Assembly: GCA_040954595.2 (NCBI GenBank)
Contig: CM082583.2
Location: 11,359,656-11,423,655 of the forward strand
Direction of reading: 5' to 3'
Source: Balanoglossus misakiensis
Taxonomy: Eukaryota; Animalia; Hemichordata
Length of the DNA: 64,000 nt
Part shown: positions 57,644-64,000 of the stretch, piece by piece
How positions within the stretch are numbered: the first letter of the stretch is position 1
Layout of the letters: each line of letters opens with the position of its first letter
Made by a program: the position numbers and the translations under genes
The notes under the pieces: generated by a model
Database searches by the model: none
The model's input: only the letters and a program-made list of their open reading frames with translations
What the model was told of the DNA's origin: nothing

Positions 57644-60600
57644 ATGGCAACCCTTAGGAGCAGCATCAACAATTTGAGGGGTGTTAAAATCCTTCCAGAC
57701 GCTAAGATAAACAAGAATGATGACATGTATCCTATGACAAAATTGCCATATGGAACAGTGAGTGTTAAAACCATGCAAATTCTTGATATCAAAAATATAT
57801 TCCCAAATGAAGCCATATTCAAGCACAAATATAAGTTTGAATGCATTGAGAGAAATCCACTGCAAGTGCATCACTGATACATTTTCTTTACTTTTTGCAG
57901 AGCCAAATTCAAGAGAAATATGACAATATTTTGGGGCCATTGACACTGTTTGCTCCATTCACACATGAAGAAAGTAAGTCCAATAATGAATCTGTGTATA
58001 TACATGCAACATGTGGTATGATCATTGACCCCTTCAGAATAGTGTGAATATGTACTTCAGAATATGTACTAATTTATAATTTTTTCTACAAATTGATGAT
58101 TGTAGATATATATACTTGAATCTTCAGGTTCTATGTGAAACGTACATTCAGGCTAAAGCCATGTTTTTTTTCCAAACAACCCTTGATCATGCATTGTCAG
58201 TTTCGAACTCATAACAAATGTGTCTTCACTGCATCACACTAAATTTGACACTTTTTGGACAAATCTTCACAGTGATGTATTCTAATGCACAATGTTACAT
58301 TCTTGTGTGAATTTCAAACCAATTGAATTCACAGTCTGTGAATTCATATTGCACATTATTGAAAGTTTGAGGGTTTTTCGGGAGGTTGTGTGAAACACGT
58401 ACTGGCACATAAGCTCAGCCTTCATTATTTTCATGATGAACAATTTCAACGACAAATTGTTCAGTTTGTCTGTGCAGGTCTAAATGTCTTTGTATTCTCA
58501 ATGAATGTTTCACAGATTCCAAATGTAGAAAAGTTCTAGAAACATTTCGTCTTGAATATGCAATGTGTTATTTTCTTTTATTATTTTTCCCCATGCGCAG
58601 AGTACATAGAAAGTGATCTGTCAGGTTAGTCTCAGGATTATCATCGAAAGCTAGACAGCAAGAATAAGAATGCAAAAGCATTGAGCAAAAATTTACCAGC
58701 CACTTTAGAAAAATGGCAAATATCACTCGAAATAGATAGCTTGTAACTTTTGTTGTAAGCAAGTAAATTTATGTATATAGATTGTTTGGTTATCAAAATG
58801 GTAAGTCTTTTTGATTAGTTCTGTTTTTATAGAAGAGCTGCTTGGTAAAAATGCCATTTTAATATTGTTCTGTTTTGAAATATGCTAATTTTTTGCCTAT
58901 AAAACGGTTGAAGCACCATAAGCACAGACTTTATTTTTCACGTTGATCACTGCATGCACTGCAACACCTGTTTTATTGCTGTGGTTTCATCCTGTGATAT
59001 ACGCTGGGCAAATGCAAGGGTAAGGCCAGGCCAATGTGATGGTAAGGCTCTAGGGCCAGTGTAATAGTAAGGCTGCCTGGCCAATGCATGAGAAAGAAGA
59101 AAACAAACATGGGATGAAAGGATTCATGCAGTTGCTACTATTAGAAATTAAAGCACATGCCCACCCGTACCCAGCACGGTGTTATATTTATATACACCAG
59201 ATTTTTACCTCACTCGAGTCACTGAGACTTTTTGTTTTTTTGCAAATGACTGACTCACCTTTGGTACCTTTGAATGTAGAAATATGTACTTTATCTTCTT
59301 CTAGAAGTGTCTATTCTGATATGTGTTGGTCTTTATTCATCTCTCATGTGTCGATTTCCTCATGTTCATGTGTCATATATCACTCTCATTTCATTTCTTT
59401 ACAAACATGGTTGATTGACTCCAACAAAAGAAAGAGCAGCCAAGAAAATTCTTCAAGGCAAGTAGTTGATGTGACGGCGATACAGCACCACAGAATAAGT
59501 ACATGTACCGGTGCTGTGAATCCACGCTACCCACCCATTGCACTCAGGAACACTATTCTACCACAGGTCCACCCCAATACCATCTCTATTCTGCTGTGTA
59601 ACACAACACAACACAGCCAGCCAATCCCTTTTCTATCACACCACAACACTGCCGACACAATCCCATATGTCCATCACAATGCAGCACAGCCCACCCAATC
59701 CTGAATCACTCACACTGCAACACGGCCAGTTTGATCCCATCTGCATCACACTGCAACACGGCCAACGTCCTAATCCAGTATCAATCACACTGCAACATGG
59801 TCTGGTCAACCCGATCCAGCATCAATCACACACAGTGCAACACCCAACCCAATCCATTGCAGACAGTTTCCATTCATCCACAATTTTCATGGAGACCCAG
59901 TAAACTGGCAACTAACCACATAATCAGCACTACCAGAACCCACTACACTCAAAGCAGTACTCTTTTCATCTAATAATTGTTCCTGCAACTTTGCTTTTCC
60001 TTTTTGTTTATGTTTGTTCTTGAATTTTGTATTTAATTGGAATATTTAGTCCTGTACTGTACATGTTGTTAACAGGCATTTGTGTTGTTTTTATCTGATA
60101 GTGCCCAATGAAAAGGAGTTGGATATTGACAGACCCGTTACACCCATTGATGTAAGTATATTTAATGTAACGTCAAGATGTGATCTGTTATAGAAAGATT
60201 TGACTGAATACTGATGTATGAAGCAATTTTTGCAAGCTCTGAGATATTTATGTTGCGTTTCCAGAAGAGTATCAAGGCACCGCCAGCCGTGTTCACAGAG
60301 TTGGCTAAGCTGGTCAGGAGAAGGATTACGGCAGATCCGGAAATCCAACACCTGTCTGTAGAAGACCAACAAGCCCTGGTAAGACTAAGAGACATTCTGC
60401 CAACCGTTCAGAAGAGCTAATTGACAACAAAGGAGAAAGAAAGTTACACAGGAGCTTTTCTGAATGTTTGCCCAGATGCACAGGGGTGTAGCAAAGATCT
60501 AAAGTAGTCCACAACATATTAAAAGTTGGCAGAGAAATTAAGGGGAGATTGGAATGAGGGAGTGGGAATGGGTGGCAGAAGGTGCAACTGCACTGACCAA

Positions 60601-63600
60601 CATACTCATCCTCATTTTCTCATAGGCTGGTATTGTGATGGGTGAAGTGAATGGTATCTGGCCAGACATCAGGCGACAGGTGGATGATCCATTTCTGGTG
60701 AGTTGAATATTTCTTCTTCTGTTTGGGATTTATCGCTGCCCACTCTCATGCTGAACTTGGACGTTTTTGTAGCCTGTGAATTAATTTGTTTAATCTGTGA
60801 TGCATTTTTTCCCAGACTCCTGATCAGAATAAAGAATTACAGAGAAGAATCACAGTTCACATAGTAACAGTATGTGAGCAACTATTCCATCATTACATCG
60901 ACAAAGCACAAAGTAAGTTTGGTATATGTGTTTAGAAATACAGGATTCTGAAACTCAGTTGCAGCTAGTGTTGTCATACTGAGAGATAGGTGTCACATGT
61001 GTCCCCGACTCACAGCTGTATATCAAAATTTATCTCACAGACTTTTTTCTGCATTTTTACGCACGGAATAATGCTTTGCATGGTTCTTGTAATTCATAAT
61101 TTCATATTTCAGTTTTGAACAGAAGAGGAATATTCAGTGGTCCGTCCAACATGAGCAGATTAAAAGCCCAACTCGCACTGGATGCAAATAAATTGTGAGT
61201 CATAAAAATTGAAGTTATTTCTAAGTTTCAGGTCTAATTATAAGCCATAAACCAAATGCTGAAATGCAAAGATTTCAGCGATATTTATTGAATATCATTC
61301 TGTCTTTTTTTTTTCAGTTTGAATATTTTAGCTATTCGTCGGCACATTGTTGCTGATCTGCGAGGTCAGTTGCCAAGTTCTGATGATGAATCAAGTGATG
61401 ATGAGAAAGCAAAGACTGTGTCTTCTGGTGCTGTACCTTTATCCTATAAAAGACTGGTAAGTTCCAAATTCATGACAGACTGAAATAAGAAATATTCACA
61501 ACATGGCTCCCTTTGTTGTTGGCGATATAACAAAGATGGCAGTTTCACAGTGGTTGTAGGCTCTTCCAATAAGTACATTTAAGTGTGGTTGTTTTGAGTG
61601 TAACCCCTCTGATAACACCTGAACTCGTTACAGATCGAAATAAGCCGTCCAAAGAAGAAGAAGAAACGCCAGTTCAAAATGCACAAGGAGATCCGAGACT
61701 TGGAGAGACAGATGCCAGACTTGGAAACCGAGAAAGTCTTTGAATACCTGCCAGACATCAGACAGTTTGAACGACATGATGATTTTGATGACGAGGTGGC
61801 AACTCCGGCGACTGAGAGTAGAGTTGGTTTGGAGAGTAGACAGAGCAGCACCAAGGATAGTTTTCATCTGTCAGGGTGAGTTTGCGGCAAGTGTGATGCT
61901 GTGTCCCACATGAGAGCTGAAAAATAAAAACATGCAATCAATATTATCTTTGATTGAGTCTTCTTATTAAATGTATCCTCAATGTGAGCTTGCATGATAA
62001 TGTGCATATTTACTATCTTCTTAATGACTTTCCGCAGGAAACTAGCCAAGGAGAAGCCTGAATTCAAACTACAGAAATCCATTTCCATGCCAGACCTGCA
62101 CGACCATGATGCATTGACCGAAGAGTTTGGCATTGATGATGACGACACGGCCAGTATCAAGTCATCCTATCACCCAGACAAAGAGACAAGAAGATTTAGT
62201 TTGGAGCCACCGAAAAAGGAAGAAAAGGAATCAGAAGAGACGGAGAAGAAGGAAAAATTAGACTCAAGGCAAATGTTACAGAAAGATTTGATGAAATTAT
62301 CGCAGTACAAGTCGGTGAGAGATAACAAAGAAGAACCGCTAGACGAAGATGAGGACTTACCGCCATTATTACAGGTGACATGCTTTCACAAAACATTGTG
62401 TGATGACTATGCTGTGATAAATTTGGCCTATTTAAAGAAAAATACATGTCGACTACTGATTGGTGTTCTTTGGAATAACCAGCAGGGTGGCAGTGTATTC
62501 ATGGACATACAAATATTGTATAATTTCAGGCAATATCCAAATCTGGTCAAGTTGAAGGAAGGAAAGAGATGTTAGAGCAACAGCTGAAAGACTTGCAAGA
62601 GAAAGAGGCCAAAGAAAAAGCAGCAGAGTTGTAAGTTATCCAACACCATGTGTTTACTCATTTTCCATCCAATTTCAAATACTAAGAATTGAATTTTGCA
62701 CTTGAACTTGAATTTGTACATCCTTTGACTTATGCAGGATAAAGATCCGAGATCCCACGCATCCACAGCCAGCTACCACCACAAAAAGAATGCCTAACAA
62801 GTCGGTAGTAAGGACGTCCGACATCAGGGTGTCCGAACGTGTCAGTCTGTCATCTGTGACCCTTGACCTCTACACCACTGTCTTCAATGAACTGTTAGGT
62901 GATGTAAGTAGACTGGCCTTGTTTGTTTGCACTGATGAGATTGTCAATCAAGCTAGCTTTCAGCAGTTTTCACCTGATTCCAGGGAATTTTTTAGGTCAA
63001 GAATGCCACAGCAGTTTGTTGTAAATTTTAATTCTGTTCTTGTTGACAGATTGACACACAGACCATCAAGAAACTGGACAGAAATCTGTTCTTCGGTCAA
63101 GAGATCAATGAAGTCTACGATGAAATCATGAAAACATTACCAAACGATCACTTCAGACATGACCTGGTAATTCTATCCTTCATACATTTGTACTTAAATA
63201 TTGTCACATGGACTATCATACCAATGAATTGGAGTGAAAGAGGTTTGCATTCACGAATATCAATCAAACTGTGTTTACTCTTACTATTGTAGGATCCATT
63301 GATTGAACCATCGGCTGATCAGGTCAACTTATCAATATTACTGTCGTCGTCAGCAGTGGGTAAGAGTAGAAAGGACCGGCACTTGAATCCGGAACTGAAA
63401 AGAGATGCCAAACCTCCGTGGGGTGAAGAGAATATGGCGGAATGGGCAAAGAGGTAAGGGCTGGAAACGGAGATTAGTTTCTGTGTATGTTCCAATGGAA
63501 AGAAACAAGTTGCAATTAGATTTATTTAATTACTTGTAGTACCAGTGACATTGGTTTGATTTGATACATTACAGTCCTCTGTTCAACGCTGAACAGCTGA

Positions 63601-63914
63601 TGAGGCAAAGAGCCATGGGGGCCGCTGCAACACCAGCCTCTGGAATGATGAACTTCCATGATTATCCGCAATCGATGGGCGGAACATACGGAGCTCCCGG
63701 AATGGGTGCGGCCAGCAGTTACGGCGGCGGAGAGACGTACGCAGCCAGTTCATACGGAGGTGCCGCCATGAGTGGGAATTTCATGGATGCGCAGAGTTCA
63801 ATCGGCGCCCCTGCCATGGTTGATGATAGAAATTCCAGGGCCTATGCTTCCTGGTTGAATTGGTGGAAATCAACCATCAATTCGGATGACTACATGAAGT
63901 ACCTCTCGACTCAG
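57644..63914 (+). CDS. CCDC87: Coiled-coil domain-containing protein 87 orthologue (5' part; runs off the window end)
   Basis: Phase-consistent exons: 57644-57757, 57901-57973, 60102-60151, 60265-60378, 60626-60697, 60816-60912, 61113-61194, 61318-61456, 61634-61875, 62038-62374, 62530-62630, 62738-62903, 63050-63166, 63293-63453, 63575-63914. Motifs resemble remembered vertebrate CCDC87: YDNILGPLTLF, NKELQRRI..VCEQLFHHY..RGIFS..SRLKAQLALD, SMPDL, LPPLL, HPQP..IRVSER..FNELLGD..EVYDEIM, WLNWWKSTINSDDYMKYL. Confidence 0.88.
59020..59087. repeat. Short degenerate tandem repeat (3 copies, ~22-25 bp, GTAAGGC...GGCCA)
   Basis: gtaaggccaggccaatgtgatg / gtaaggctctagggccagtgtaata / gtaaggctgcctggccaatgc. 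Confidence 0.6.
59431..59457 (+). CDS. Candidate 27-nt CCDC87 microexon (KRAAKKILQ) with GC donor
   Basis: First AG after a ~120-nt AG-free tract; donor AAG|gcaagt; phase 1 to 1, in frame between exons 57901-57973 and 60102. Confidence 0.55.
59560..59860. repeat. Degenerate CA-rich minisatellite (~36-40 bp period, core ATCACACTGCAACACGG)
   Basis: Recurring tcacactgcaacacggcca and caatcc units; intronic. Confidence 0.65.
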
Positions 63915-64000
63915 GTGAGGAAACTCTTGCAGCTTTCCCACTGGTAGTTGTTTGAATCCTTTGAAATGAAACCTATCTAAACTGAATCCTAATTATTTCC

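Noticed and set aside
59084-59973. 206-aa, 121-aa and 80-aa plus-strand ORFs in the CCDC87 intron
   Set aside because: They arise largely from a stop-poor CA-rich minisatellite and pyrimidine tract; no domain similarity is evident.

Overview
This is intron-rich, AT-rich animal genomic DNA; the gene content suggests a marine invertebrate, probably a deuterostome, but the species cannot be determined from sequence alone. It is not prokaryotic, and most entries in the ORF track are intronic noise. I reconstructed three spliced protein-coding genes by hand from GT-AG sites and reading-frame phases. (1) A ~47-kb plus-strand Lbc-family RhoGEF (AKAP13/ARHGEF28/ARHGEF18 type) with 40 core exons at 4545-51693 (~2071 aa): N-terminal DBB/ankyrin-like region, RRHSW motif, C1, DH-PH, coiled coil and a C-terminal EVLYF motif. 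It has several candidate alternative first exons (one encoding a transmembrane-like anchor) and candidate microexons. (2) A convergent 3-exon minus-strand Ly6/uPAR (quiver-like) gene for a secreted, probably GPI-anchored 179-aa protein that lacks the last LU disulfide pair (54029-54976). (3) An intron-rich CCDC87 orthologue on the plus strand (57644 to the window end) with an RFX X-box promoter and a candidate 27-nt GC-donor microexon. The window also contains a PIF/Harbinger-type MITE (1786-2588), a consensus CTCF site and several simple repeats. All family assignments are from remembered motifs, not database searches.
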